Source of the DNA: Adineta vaga
Lineage: Eukaryota > Animalia > Rotifera
NCBI GenBank assembly: GCA_021613535.1
Contig: CP075493.1
Span: 1,364,001 to 1,428,000 of the forward strand
DNA: 64,000 nucleotides
Direction of reading: 5' to 3'
The translations under genes and the position numbers were made by a program. The notes beneath the pieces are model-generated. The model searched no databases. It worked only from the letters and a program-made list of their open reading frames with translations, and was not told the origin of the DNA. Below are positions 37,769 to 49,700 of this stretch, piece by piece (the stretch's first letter is position 1; each line of letters begins with the position of its first letter).

Positions 37769-39339
37769 TTTTAATTAGTTGATCATTGATAGTGAAGGTG
37801 GTCAACCCACCATCACTTACAAAACGCTATTTTATTTGTATATGAGTATGTGTGTGTGTGTATATGCTGTTGTATGTGTATGTCGCGTTCAATCGATCAG
37901 TCACTCAGTCAGTCAGTCAATGAGTGTTTGTTGCTTCTTCTTCTTGTTCTTTCTTGGTGCGTCTCTTCTTTTTCTTATTCAGTCCGACAGAATAGTAATA
38001 GTAGTCATTGAAGAGGAGGGGTAGAAGACGCATTTTTTCGCTTCTCGCCACCATCCTCATGATCATGTGTATGTGAATGTATGTTGCCTCGTTGTCGACG
38101 AAAGATTTCAATATATTTATTTATTTATTTATATTGTCGTTGAATGGTTATAGTTCAATTTCTCCTTTTCTTTTTCTTTTAACGCCGACGTTTGCGTTTG
38201 TTTGATCAAAAGGAAGAGTACAGAAATGAGGAGAAGAAAAAAATCTATATATACATACAGTATGTTTGGAGTGGAGTGTCGCCTGAAGGGAAGAAAAAAA
38301 AGTCGCTCTGTATGTATGTACCCACGGATAGATAGATGAGAGAGGAACAAATCGTGTGAGAGCAGTGAACAAGAAAAGAGAAGTCGAGAGAGAGAGGTCT
38401 AGGACACCGGCGCAACTTCGGTAGATCTATTTTTATATATTAATATGCGTACACTACCCCTATCATATATATATAAGAACGCAAAAGGAATGAGACCGAT
38501 AGAGAGAAGGAAAAGAAGAAAAAAAAAGAAACAGATTTCTATATGTTTATAGACTATACAGCTCAATTCACAAAACGAGCTGGATGTATATTCTGTTCGC
38601 AGTATATAGAAAGTGTAGTGTCACCGATTTTTTTGTCGACAATAACAACAACAGCAAAACGAAGAAGGAGAAAAGAAGAAGGAGAATAAGAAAGACTATA
38701 CGAGCCACTATCAAGCTATCAAAAAAGAGCAAAGAAGAGAAAACTGATGATTATTGTCATAAGTTCTACTCGCACTTTTCTATCCTAATGTTCGCATATC
38801 TATTGATGAGGCAGATCGTGTGCTTTTTTTTTCTTCTCTTAACACGCAATAGATTTACTCATATGAAAGAAAAAAAACACATCCGAATGACTATGATTTT
38901 CTCACATAGATATTCAAGAAGAAAACTCAAACTATATAAAACTTATTTGTTATGAAAACGTTGATTTCCAGTTGATAAATATTAATTTTTCTGGAACAAT
39001 ACACATGTCAAAGTTAAATAAATATATGCATAAAAATAATTTCAAATGACAAGAAAATGATTAGAGACTTGTTCGATACTAATGATAATTATTTCATTCA
39101 TATATAATTTAAATCTAAAATGAAAAAAGAAATCTATTCATAAATAAAATAAGATTACAGGTGAACTAAATGTTATTCTTTTCATTATCATCGCTTCATG
39201 CTTCTCAATTAAACTTCTATGACATGTCTTCTTACTTTTTCTTCTATTTGCATTCGAGTTATTTCATTTGATGCAGATGTAAGTAACCAACCGGCAGTTC
39301 TCTTGGTATTTCTTGTTTGTTGCTTCTATACACTAAAAT

Positions 39340-40405
39340 ATGTTGTACAAAATAACAGTTTTTCGATATGTTATGATCATTCTTTCATATTTGATGATTC
39401 ACCAAACGAACGGTGAAAATTCGAGTAAGTTATTTTTAAAAGAATTCCCATTCGAAAAATATCAATTGAATATGAATAGATAAACAAGCTTTTACAAATT
39501 GTATTCAATCAAATATTAATGAGAATATTTATGATTATTCATCATATGATATTCAAGATGAGAAAAAAGAAGATCAAATTTCATTAGAGAAATATCAAGG
39601 TGAAATTTGAAGATATTTCTAACGAAAAAACTTCTCTTGTTTTCTTTAGGAAAAGTTTTATTAATTGTTATAACAGCAACCTATTGTCAATATACTCTTC
39701 AATATCCATATTTAAATCAGTTGAAAACCTATTATAAATCGACTAATTTTGAAATACTTGCATTTCCTTGTAATCAATTTGGTTTAGTAAGATTGAATTT
39801 TTTTGAAAATATAACTTTGATCTTTTGTGTTTGATCTTAAAGCAAGAACCGGGTGTAACAGGTGAAGAAATTCTCAATGGTATTCGATTTATTCGACGTA
39901 AGTTCTATCGAATTGGATTTCAAATACAATTTGATTTATTTTTTAGCTGGAAATAATTATATACCGAATTTTCCCATGTTTGAAAGATCTGATGTAAATG
40001 GATATGATGAACGTCCATTATTTACCTATTTAAAAGTAAGTTTCTCTAAGAAATACAGTTGAAATATATGTACATGTTCGGTTTTAAAGAAACAATGTCC
40101 ATCACCTATTGATGAATTTCATCCTTGGCCGAATATTACTTATGCACCAATACGTTCAAACGATTTACGATGGAATTTTGAAAAGGTATTTAATATGATT
40201 GATGTATTCGAAATTTTGTTTTTTTTATTCTTAGTTTTTAATTGATCAAAATGGTCGTCCGATAAAACGATTTGCATCAAATGTTACTCCGTTAGAATTG
40301 ATTCCTTATATTGATGAAGTCATAACAATAAAACATCGACATAATCAAGCATCATTATTATCTCGACAGTTAAATGAATTGCTCATCGATGAAAATGATT
40401 TCTAA
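39340..40405 (+). CDS. Secreted Cys-type glutathione peroxidase (GPx3/5/6-like)
   Basis: Signal-like exon MLYKITVFRYVMIILSYLMIHQTNG, then GKVLLIVITATYCQYT (TGT at the catalytic position), LAFPCNQFGLQEPG, RWNFEKFLI; stop at 40403-40405. Confidence 0.92.
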
Positions 40406-41354
40406 ATATTTATATATCGATACAAGAAATTTTCTTTTTTGAAAATAAACTAACAAAATATGATATCAATCTGTTATTTATAAGAATAATGTCAAATTAT
40501 TGATAGAGACGATTTGAAAGATATCATCTTTTAGACATCCTGAAGTTTGCTTTACAAAGGAAACGAAAACTTGTATTTCGTTCTATCAATATCATTGAGT
40601 ACTTCACATAAGCCTCGTTTATCAAACTATACGTTCGTGAAGAGAAAAAATAGAAGTATAGTCTTCCGTCATTCATCAAATATATTTTCTTTTAATTTCT
40701 GTCTCATGTTAAATCAATCAATAGATATTAACAATCATTTAAAATACATTACCTGTAATCGAAGCAATCAATTATTGTTTGATGCGCAAATTTAGGTAAA
40801 CATCGATTGAGAAGTTAAAGAATGTTTGATAAGTTTTTAACTAAATAACACAATTTTCTTTACAATTTTATCAGTTAGTATGACAGACAAACTGCGAAGT
40901 AATTCTGGGCGAGTGTACTATTCGTCAAAGAAATGAAAAAATTGATATAATAAAAAATATTCCTACTTTTTCTTTGCTGACTTTTACCTTGATAAGTGTT
41001 TTTCATGTGCTATTTATACTATTTGACTTGTTTCTGTAGACCATTGCCGAGGAGATTTAGTTAAAGCAAATTATAGTTCAGAAGATCAGTCATGACTTCA
41101 AGTTAAAATATTAGAGTTTGTAGACAACATTCTCCAAGGAAGGCAAAGGTAAATTTTATTTTCTTAAATGAATCTATTTTTGAACAAATTGTAAGTTTCC
41201 CATGATTTGTTTACAACGTTTGTTATAAATCGATGATAGATATAAAAGTAGAAAGTTATGAAACTATTTTATTACGATAGGATTAAACTGAATTTCAGTA
41301 TCAATTTTTATTTATTGATTACCTATGGTAGTTTTGTTATAATACGAATTGTAG

Positions 41355-44069
41355 ATGTTTATTCTAAAGATGTACCAATGGATTCTACTGTACGTTTTAT
41401 TTAGTCCATTATGGTTTCAATATAGTGGAGCAACTTGGCCTCAATCTAATTCATCAAATATTCAATTACTTGGTCTATTTTCAGATTCACCAAATGCATC
41501 AGAAGCTGAAATAACTCTATTATCCGTACATTCTCGAGCGATGTTTCAAGCAGCAATGGTACTTGCTCAACGGTATAATATAACTGTTGATAAACAACTT
41601 ATTGGATGGCAAACAACACAAACTAGAAGCAATGCTATATATGCTCTAAGTAGTGTCTGTCAAGGTGTATCTATATCGAACACAATTGGTATTGTAGGTC
41701 CAGAATTATCCAGTGAAGCACATACGATTGGTGCTTTTGCGAAAACAATCGGTATACCAGTTATATCTTATTCTGCAACTGATCCGACTTTATCCGATCG
41801 AATTATTTATCCTACTTTTCATCGGACAGTTCCTTCAGATACTACAATAGCATTAGCAATCGTACAATTATTTGTTCGATTTGGTTGGACATCATGTATT
41901 ATTATTTATCAAAATGACGCATTTGGATCGAATGGTGCAGATGTAATTAGTGATGCATTTAATGAAAATAATTTATCAGTTGTTCAAACATTAGTATTTG
42001 ATATTGCTACACAACAAATTCGAGGTAACTTAAAAGATATTTTAACTAGTAGTCCAAGTCGAATCGTATTACTATGGGCAGTATCTTCACATACATCTTT
42101 AATTTTACAAAATGCACTTGATAATAATCTACTTGGTCCGCAATTTCTTTGGATTTTAAGCTCACCTATAGTGTTGAATACATTCAATCAAACATTTCAT
42201 CCGAATTTAATCGGAATACTCACTGTTGAACCTGCTGTTGGAACTATGGTTGATGCATCAGTCAATACTACACTATTGAATTCTGCATACGATATTTGGC
42301 AACAATATGAACCTGAAACGTTCCCTGGAGCAGCGAACGTTGATAATTATGCACTCTTCGCATTTGATGCTGCTTGGTCATTAATTCAATCATTGCAAAA
42401 CTATTGCTCATCATTAACTAATATATCTTCTTCTTCATCTTGTTTGCCAGTTATTACCTCGACATTCTGTTTTGATTATCGTTTTGTTAATCCTGATGGA
42501 TTTCTCAGTACAATCGATGCTACTAGCTTTCTTGGAGTATCGGGTTTAGTACGATACAGTAATAAAGTAACCAATAGAATCGATGGTAATTTTTTTATGA
42601 TACGAAATATTCAACCTTCTTCGGATGGTATTGATTATATATCGGTTTTGAAATGGGTTGATACAACGGGATGGAAAACGTATACAAAAACAAATGCTAT
42701 TGTATGGCCTAATAATACATTGATCCCACCTACTGGTTTTCCAAAACTTTCTGGAGTTAAATTACGAATTGGTGTTATACGATCACCTCCATTTCTCATG
42801 ATGAAAAATTTAATCGATGCATCGGGAAAGAATGTAATACAAATGGTTGGTTTTATTCCTGATCTTATTGATCGTTTACAAAGTACTACAGGACTCATTC
42901 CTGAAATCATATTAGCTCCATTAAATCAAACATATGGAGGAATGATTCAAGCAGTAATCAATGATGTTTATGATATTGTCGTAGGAGATGTGACTGTAAC
43001 TGCTGCACGAAGGGAAATTGTCGATTTTTCAACAACAATCTACGATAATACTTTTAGTGTCATTGTTCGACAAACTTCATCTGTCGAACTGGACTATTTC
43101 TCCTATTTGCGACCATTTTCACTTAATCTTTGGTTAACACTATTAGTGGCTTGTATCTATGCTGCTGTTTTGTTCTGGATATTAGAACGAAAAGTGAATG
43201 ATGCATTACGAGACAAATCAATTCTTTCATCAATATCACTGAGTATCTGGTATTCTTTAGGTACCGTTTTTGGTTATGGTGTAGAATTTGCTGTACAAAC
43301 AGCTGCTGGACGTTTATTAACACTCGGTTTATATATGTTAAGTATGATTTTAGTAGCAACATATACTGCAAATTTAGCATCTGATTTAACATTATTAAAA
43401 TCCAAGGGCATTATTTCTGGTATTGATGATGTGAAGAATGGAAAAGTTCCATTTAGTCGTGTAGGTATTCTTGTAAACTCCTCGTTTGAAGATTACTTTT
43501 TACGTGAAGTTTCTTCGGGAAGTCGAAATTATTATCCAATAAAAACACAAGACGAAATCTATACTAGTTTATTTTACAATTATATTGATGCATCAATTAT
43601 GGATACGGGACTTTTACAATATGCTACGAATACATTATATTGTAATTTATCATTAGCTGGAACAACTTTTAATCCGAATTCGTATGCTATTGTAATTCCG
43701 AAACAATGGTTGTACACAAGAACACTTGATGTAAGTATTTTATCTCTGAAGGAATTCGGCGTGTTAGATGAATTGAAGACGAAATGGTTTGCAGGAAGTA
43801 CTTGTTCAGATTCGTCATCCTCGAATGAATCTACTGGTATTAGTATTGAAACAGTATGTGGTTTATTTCTTACTTTTGCGATTATTAGTATACTATCATT
43901 ATTATTATTCGTATGGACGAAACGATTAAGTTTGAAAGATCATTTATTACAAGTTACACATCGGAAAAATTTAGAAAGGAAAAATGCAGATCTGGTTGCT
44001 GTTGGAACAGTTTCAAATCGAATTCGTAGTCAATCCTTTCAAGAATCGATTTTTAATATACGCATGTAA
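41355..44069 (+). CDS. Ionotropic glutamate receptor with K+-channel-like pore motif (AvGluR1-like), intronless, 904 aa
   Basis: Signal peptide, ANF/LIVBP N-terminal domain, S1 (VGDVTVTAARREIVDFS), M1, pore loop SLGTVFGYG, M3 ATYTANLAS, S2, M4. Confidence 0.93.
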   Translation: MFILKMYQWILLYVLFSPLWFQYSGATWPQSNSSNIQLLGLFSDSPNASEAEITLLSVHSRAMFQAAMVLAQRYNITVDKQLIGWQTTQTRSNAIYALSSVCQGVSISNTIGIVGPELSSEAHTIGAFAKTIGIPVISYSATDPTLSDRIIYPTFHRTVPSDTTIALAIVQLFVRFGWTSCIIIYQNDAFGSNGADVISDAFNENNLSVVQTLVFDIATQQIRGNLKDILTSSPSRIVLLWAVSSHTSLILQNALDNNLLGPQFLWILSSPIVLNTFNQTFHPNLIGILTVEPAVGTMVDASVNTTLLNSAYDIWQQYEPETFPGAANVDNYALFAFDAAWSLIQSLQNYCSSLTNISSSSSCLPVITSTFCFDYRFVNPDGFLSTIDATSFLGVSGLVRYSNKVTNRIDGNFFMIRNIQPSSDGIDYISVLKWVDTTGWKTYTKTNAIVWPNNTLIPPTGFPKLSGVKLRIGVIRSPPFLMMKNLIDASGKNVIQMVGFIPDLIDRLQSTTGLIPEIILAPLNQTYGGMIQAVINDVYDIVVGDVTVTAARREIVDFSTTIYDNTFSVIVRQTSSVELDYFSYLRPFSLNLWLTLLVACIYAAVLFWILERKVNDALRDKSILSSISLSIWYSLGTVFGYGVEFAVQTAAGRLLTLGLYMLSMILVATYTANLASDLTLLKSKGIISGIDDVKNGKVPFSRVGILVNSSFEDYFLREVSSGSRNYYPIKTQDEIYTSLFYNYIDASIMDTGLLQYATNTLYCNLSLAGTTFNPNSYAIVIPKQWLYTRTLDVSILSLKEFGVLDELKTKWFAGSTCSDSSSSNESTGISIETVCGLFLTFAIISILSLLLFVWTKRLSLKDHLLQVTHRKNLERKNADLVAVGTVSNRIRSQSFQESIFNIRM

Positions 44070-44335
44070 AATTATTTGTATTTTAAAACGGATTTAAATA
44101 TATTATAGAAGTTTGAAAAAAAGTTTTTTCAGAATTAGATTTTGAAGATAATGAAGTATAGGTTCTAGTTTGGAAAAAAAAATCGAATATGAGAAGATCA
44201 AATTTATTTTATCTAAAATATAAGTGTTTTACATATAACTAAACCTTATACAGATGAAAAAATTATAACAAATATAGAAAAAAAACGGAAGAATTTGATG
44301 TAATGAGTGTTATTATCATTATTGATATACATGTT

Positions 44336-45972
44336 CTAATTTGCATGATAGATAACTCGTTCGTATGTACTGCCAGTAGCAGTAACACTGCCACATCTGT
44401 ATCCACCACTTGATTGTGTATGCCAACATAATCGATAATTCGAATTTATCCCTGCCGTATCACAGCTACTACGAGTTACTGAATCAGTATTATTAACAAA
44501 ACCCCACGAATACGAATCAGAATAATACCATCCAACACCATTAGCCACATGTGTACAACTTGAAATTGTACTACAATTATAAAGAACATCATTGCGAAGA
44601 CCCATTGCAGCTACTGACAGATTTTGGCCAATTGGACGACAACCTAACATCAGTTTTGCTTTGTAACATGTGCTTAAAATTGTGATAATTAAACTTGAAT
44701 TTAATCCAATACTATAATTTCCATTATAGCACAGAGACCAATCATTGGATAATGTTCTTGGATCAAAATTAATTTTCACGCCAGTTATCAATGTGGCTAC
44801 AATAAAGAAAAATATCCGATTATAGTTAGGAACAAATCTTTCAGTACTATTTTATTCTGTATTGAACTTACCATTACTAGCAGAAAAATCGAATTTTTGA
44901 ATTCGATTATTTCCTCGATCACTAATAAACATATTTCCATCACTATCAAAACTCATACTCCATGGATTCGATAATTGACTAGCTGTTGAGCCCGACAATC
45001 CAGAACATCCAACTAAACATATAAGAGCATTTGATCCCGATCGAACAATACGATGATTACCAGAATCGACAATATATAAATTTTTGTTTCCATCTAAAAC
45101 AATACCAGTTGGACAATGCAACGTTGTTGTCATATTTAATGATCCATTTCCAACGATCGTTATTGCATTCAATTTTTCATATCGAAATAATTGAATTCGA
45201 TTATTTCCACAATCTGCAACATATAAATCCAAAGTAGTATCCACAAATATTCCATGCGGATTGTTAAGTGTATATGAACTTGAACCAGGACTGCCTGTTC
45301 CACCAACAATAGTTAATCGATCAAATGTACGATTTAAACTTTTAGCAACAATTTGATGACGTTCATTTAAAGAACAATGAAGTATATTATTAATACTAAC
45401 AAATATATCTATACATTGTTGACACATATTCATTTCTGGTACTCGGTTTGTTGAATTTAATATAATTTCACTCACTCCACCGATTGAATGAAAAGTTTCA
45501 ACATATATTTCACCTGATGTTGTTTGAAAAAGACTTGATGAATTCACTAAATTAGTGGATATATTATGTATCAATGTAGAATTTTCTAAAGACCAGAAAA
45601 TAATTTGACCATTATTTTGATTCGAAACATAAATTGTATTATTTTGATTGATAAAAATATCATATGGTAATGGACCAATCATATTTATATCAGCAACTGT
45701 CGTAGCACTCACATTCCATATTGAATCCGAATATAATAACGGTTGAATAAGAAACGGCTAAAAAAACAAGAAAGAAATGCATTATAAGATATCTCGTCGA
45801 TAGAGAGTTATTTCAGACTTCTCGGAAAGTAGAGCATTTAATTTTCTTTGATTGGTTATTCTAACTTTCCTCGGTATCTGAGATTTTATTATAAAAAGTT
45901 AAATTCTTTACCTAAAACTTGTTCTATAATCATAAAAATGACCCATATGTTGAAACTATTAATAAATAACAT
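44336..45972 (-). CDS. Secreted NHL-repeat protein with a Cys/Trp-rich C-terminal domain; possible frameshift at the start of exon 2
   Basis: Signal exon MLFINSFNIWVIFMIIEQVL, NHL repeats (LYVADCGNNRIQ, LYIVDSGNHRI, ISDRGNNRIQKF), last exon with GWYYSDSYSWGF...RLCWH...GGYRCG. Exon 1-2 junction is out of frame by 2 nt. Confidence 0.75.
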
Positions 45973-46164
45973 TATTAAGTTGAAGTGTTCAATGTAAACG
46001 ATCAAATAGAGAAATGAAATGAAAATAATATTTGTGTAAATTTTGACCTATTATTTTGCTCACTATTTATGAACAAAACAATTAATGATTTTCAGGAGAA
46101 TTGATCAAAAATCATAAATATTAGAACATAGGATTTGTTTGTATGTAAGTCATAATTTTTCTGT

Positions 46165-46211
46165 GTAAACAATCGAGAAAAAAGTTAGAATGATTTTTCT
46201 CGATTGTTTAC
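46165..46211. repeat. Perfect 18-bp inverted repeat, 11-nt loop
   Basis: GTAAACAATCGAGAAAAA ... TTTTTCTCGATTGTTTAC. Confidence 0.85.
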
Positions 46212-46541
46212 TAAGAAAATCGTTTTGTAAAGAAAAGAAAATACATGACTTGTATTGATATCAGTATTCTTTCAATGAAATCTTTTTCTGAACAAGAAAA
46301 TTCAATAATAAAAAGTCACAGTTTAATGTTGATCGATGATTGACGTCAATGTCTAATAGATTGAATTAATGGTTATATCAACAAACTTATCCATTGTTGA
46401 TGTGCTTCTCCGTAAGAGAATTAATTATTGACTATTGTTTCTACAAAAGCTTCCTTCGCGAAAGAAATAAAAGTTTGTTTTACCTGAATTTTTCCTACTC
46501 AGTTTCTCACCAACATTGTCTCCTATTTCTTATTCGATACA

Positions 46542-46598
46542 TTCATGTCTTTCAGAAATATTTTGATGAAAATCATAAAAATTTCTGAAAGACATGAA
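46542..46598. repeat. Perfect 18-bp inverted repeat with partly paired spacer
   Basis: TTCATGTCTTTCAGAAAT ... ATTTCTGAAAGACATGAA. Confidence 0.85.
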
Positions 46599-46736
46599 AA
46601 AATGGACAAATAGAAAGATCGAAAGAAATATAAAGAAGATGTAAAAATCATATTAAAGTCATTTATTCTTCTTAACTTGTTTGATTACATGTCTTTATTG
46701 TGTACGTTACAAGTTGAAGAGTTTTAGTTCTTCACA

Positions 46737-49700
46737 ATGATTTACATGAATTATCTCAATTTTGGGATATTCTTCTTATTCATTGGACAAATCTCTGCTA
46801 GTAAGTATCTCAGTACACTTTCAAAGAAAATTCTATTGATTTAAAGAGTATTAATTGTACTCAGCGAACAAAAGTCTCTATCAATTGTAGATTCTTTAGA
46901 ATTCTTGTTTTTTCTTCACATCTTCTAAGAAATTTTACTATTTAGTTGTTTCATTCAATCGACCAAAATTCAATGAATGTACAAGTTGGAATCCTGATGC
47001 CATTACTTTTGCAACAAATTATACAATTGGTACTCATCCATATGATATTTTCATTGATTCAAATAATACCATCTACGGTGCTGATGAACGGAATCGACTC
47101 TTAGTTTGGTTCAGTAATAATACTAATCTAACAATAACGATGACAAGTAATTCCATAAATCCATATTCGATTTTTGTTACAACTCAAAATTATATTTATA
47201 TCAATAATGATAATTCAACTGGTGAAGTTAATAAAAGAACATTAACTACAAATACTATTGATGTGGCAATGCGAGTCGGTCAAGTATGTTATGGTCTATT
47301 TATAACTTTAAATAATACAATATATTGTTCAATGCGTGATCTTCATCAAATTGTTAGCAAACCATTGAAGAATAATTCGGATATATTAACGATTATTGCT
47401 GGAACAGGTTGTCGAGGATCAGATGTAGATAAGCTTGATTCACCATATGGAATTTATGTTACTGAAAATTTGACTTTATATGTAGCCGATTATGGAAATA
47501 GTCGAATTCAATTATTTCAAGCAAATCAAACCAATGGAACAACTATCATCGGAAATTCCTCACTTAGCCGTCCTACAGGAATTGTTCTTGATGAAGATGA
47601 TAATCTTTATATTGTTGATAGTGGACGTCATTGTATTTTTAAATTTTCATTCAATCAAACTAAATGTTTGGTTGGATGTACATACAACGGTGGATCCTCT
47701 GTTCGTCAGTTATCCTCACCACAACATATGGCATTTGATAACGAAGGGAATATCTACGTTACCGATCAAAACAACGATCGAATTCAAAAATTTATTATAA
47801 ATGGTGTTTGTGGTAAAATACGTTTTTAATTATAAAGACTGAATCCTTTTCAAGTCTATCGTTTTTTTAGAACAAACAACCATAGCTCCAACTACAATGA
47901 TGGTAACGATAAATAAAAGTAAAGAATTCTTCATAATGTCTATCACTAAATCTTCGACTGACAATCGATTTTAAATTTCACAAAGTTCGTTTTCTTTTGA
48001 GAATAACATGAAGGATACATTTCATCGATCGGTCTTTGAATTTGCAATCATGAAACTGAATATAAAGTGAAGTTTTTCTTATTTCTCTTTAGCATGTGTC
48101 CCACCGACAGTAACACTTATTCCCAATGCTCCAATATCATCATCTCCAGTACAATTTCGTCGAAGTCAAGATTTTACAATTGTTTCATTGATCCAATTAA
48201 ATTGTAATGAATCATTGGCATTTACAACTCAATGGATAATAAAGAATTGTAGTTCAAATTGTTTACATCAAATTCTTTTAGATTCATCAATAATAACAAC
48301 ATCAACTGAAATGTATATTCCTGGACGAACTTTACAATATGGTTTGTATGAAATGACATTAACAGTTACAATGACTCAAATGCCAAGTTTAAGCGTATCA
48401 AAAACTATTTATATACAAATAACTCCATCAGGTATCACAGCAAATTTAATTCCATATGGAACATCTTCCATTACTCGTGGAGATCAACAATATTTGCAAC
48501 TCAATCCAGGAAGTTATTCGGTAGATCCAGATGCCGATACTTTTAATGCTTCTGTAAGTAGATTTTGATTGAAACACAAGTGAACATGAAAAGTTAATAT
48601 CTTCCTTTTTTTTCATTGATAGATTTGGAAATATACATATTATTGTCGAATATATGGTTTATCGAAATTTCCAAGTTATCAAAGTTCATTGTTATCAATT
48701 GATGATATGAGAAATGATCCATTAAATCCATCATGTTTATTGAATCGTACCGGATGGCAATTTGATAACGCAATTAATTCATCATTTACAATTCTTTCTG
48801 ATTCTCTTCAACCTAATCGAACTTATCAATTTATGGCTCAAATGCAAAATATTCGAAATTCATCTGTTCAAGCAACTGGTTATGTTCTTGTTAAAGTAGT
48901 TGAAACTCGTCCACAAATGATTCTCATTGGGTAAATGGTCGTTTTGTTTCTGATTAATAGACGCAGTTTTTATAAATTCTCTATAGTTGTGTTATATGGA
49001 CAATGTGTGAACCAAATCTTGAATTTCAACTTGTCAATCCAACAACTCAAGTTGCTTTATTTTCAGAATGTTCAGGAGATTGTACAACACTTCGAAGTAT
49101 CATATGGAATATTTATCAAGGTGAAATGAATTCGTCATCAAACTTTACTCAATGGGTCTTATTTACTCAAAATACAACATATCAAAATATTTGGCTTTTT
49201 GGTAATGAGATGAGTTTTGAATAAAAACAAAGCGATGAAAAGATTTCATGGTTTGCTTTAGGTACAAATACAACCAATTTTACTGCAATCAATCAATTAT
49301 TCCTATCTAATCCACAGATTGATCTTTGGCGATTTGAAGTTGTTTATACATTTCAAAATGAAACAAGTTCAAGTTCATTGAATTTTATAATTAATCGACC
49401 GCCTTCGAATGGTTCATGTTCAATTAATCCTTTGAATGGAACAACAAGTAGTTTATTTGATATTTCATGTTCAAATTGGTTTGATGACGATGGAATCAAA
49501 GATTATATTGTTTACAGTAAGTTCAAACATTTCTTTCATGATTGATAAAATGAAATGGTTTCTGTTTCTGATCAGGTTGGACAACTAATCGAACAAAGAA
49601 AGCGATTGTTAGTTATTTCACCGTACCAGTATTTCAAATTCAACTATCAAGTGGAGATAATCAAACGTCATTACTCAATTTAATTGTTCATATTCGAGAT

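Noticed and set aside
39170-39280. Upstream frame with in-frame TGA as a selenocysteine-containing GPx exon
   Set aside because: A better exon 1 (39340-39424) with a signal peptide, correct phase and a typical 55-nt intron exists; the TGA is not at the catalytic site.
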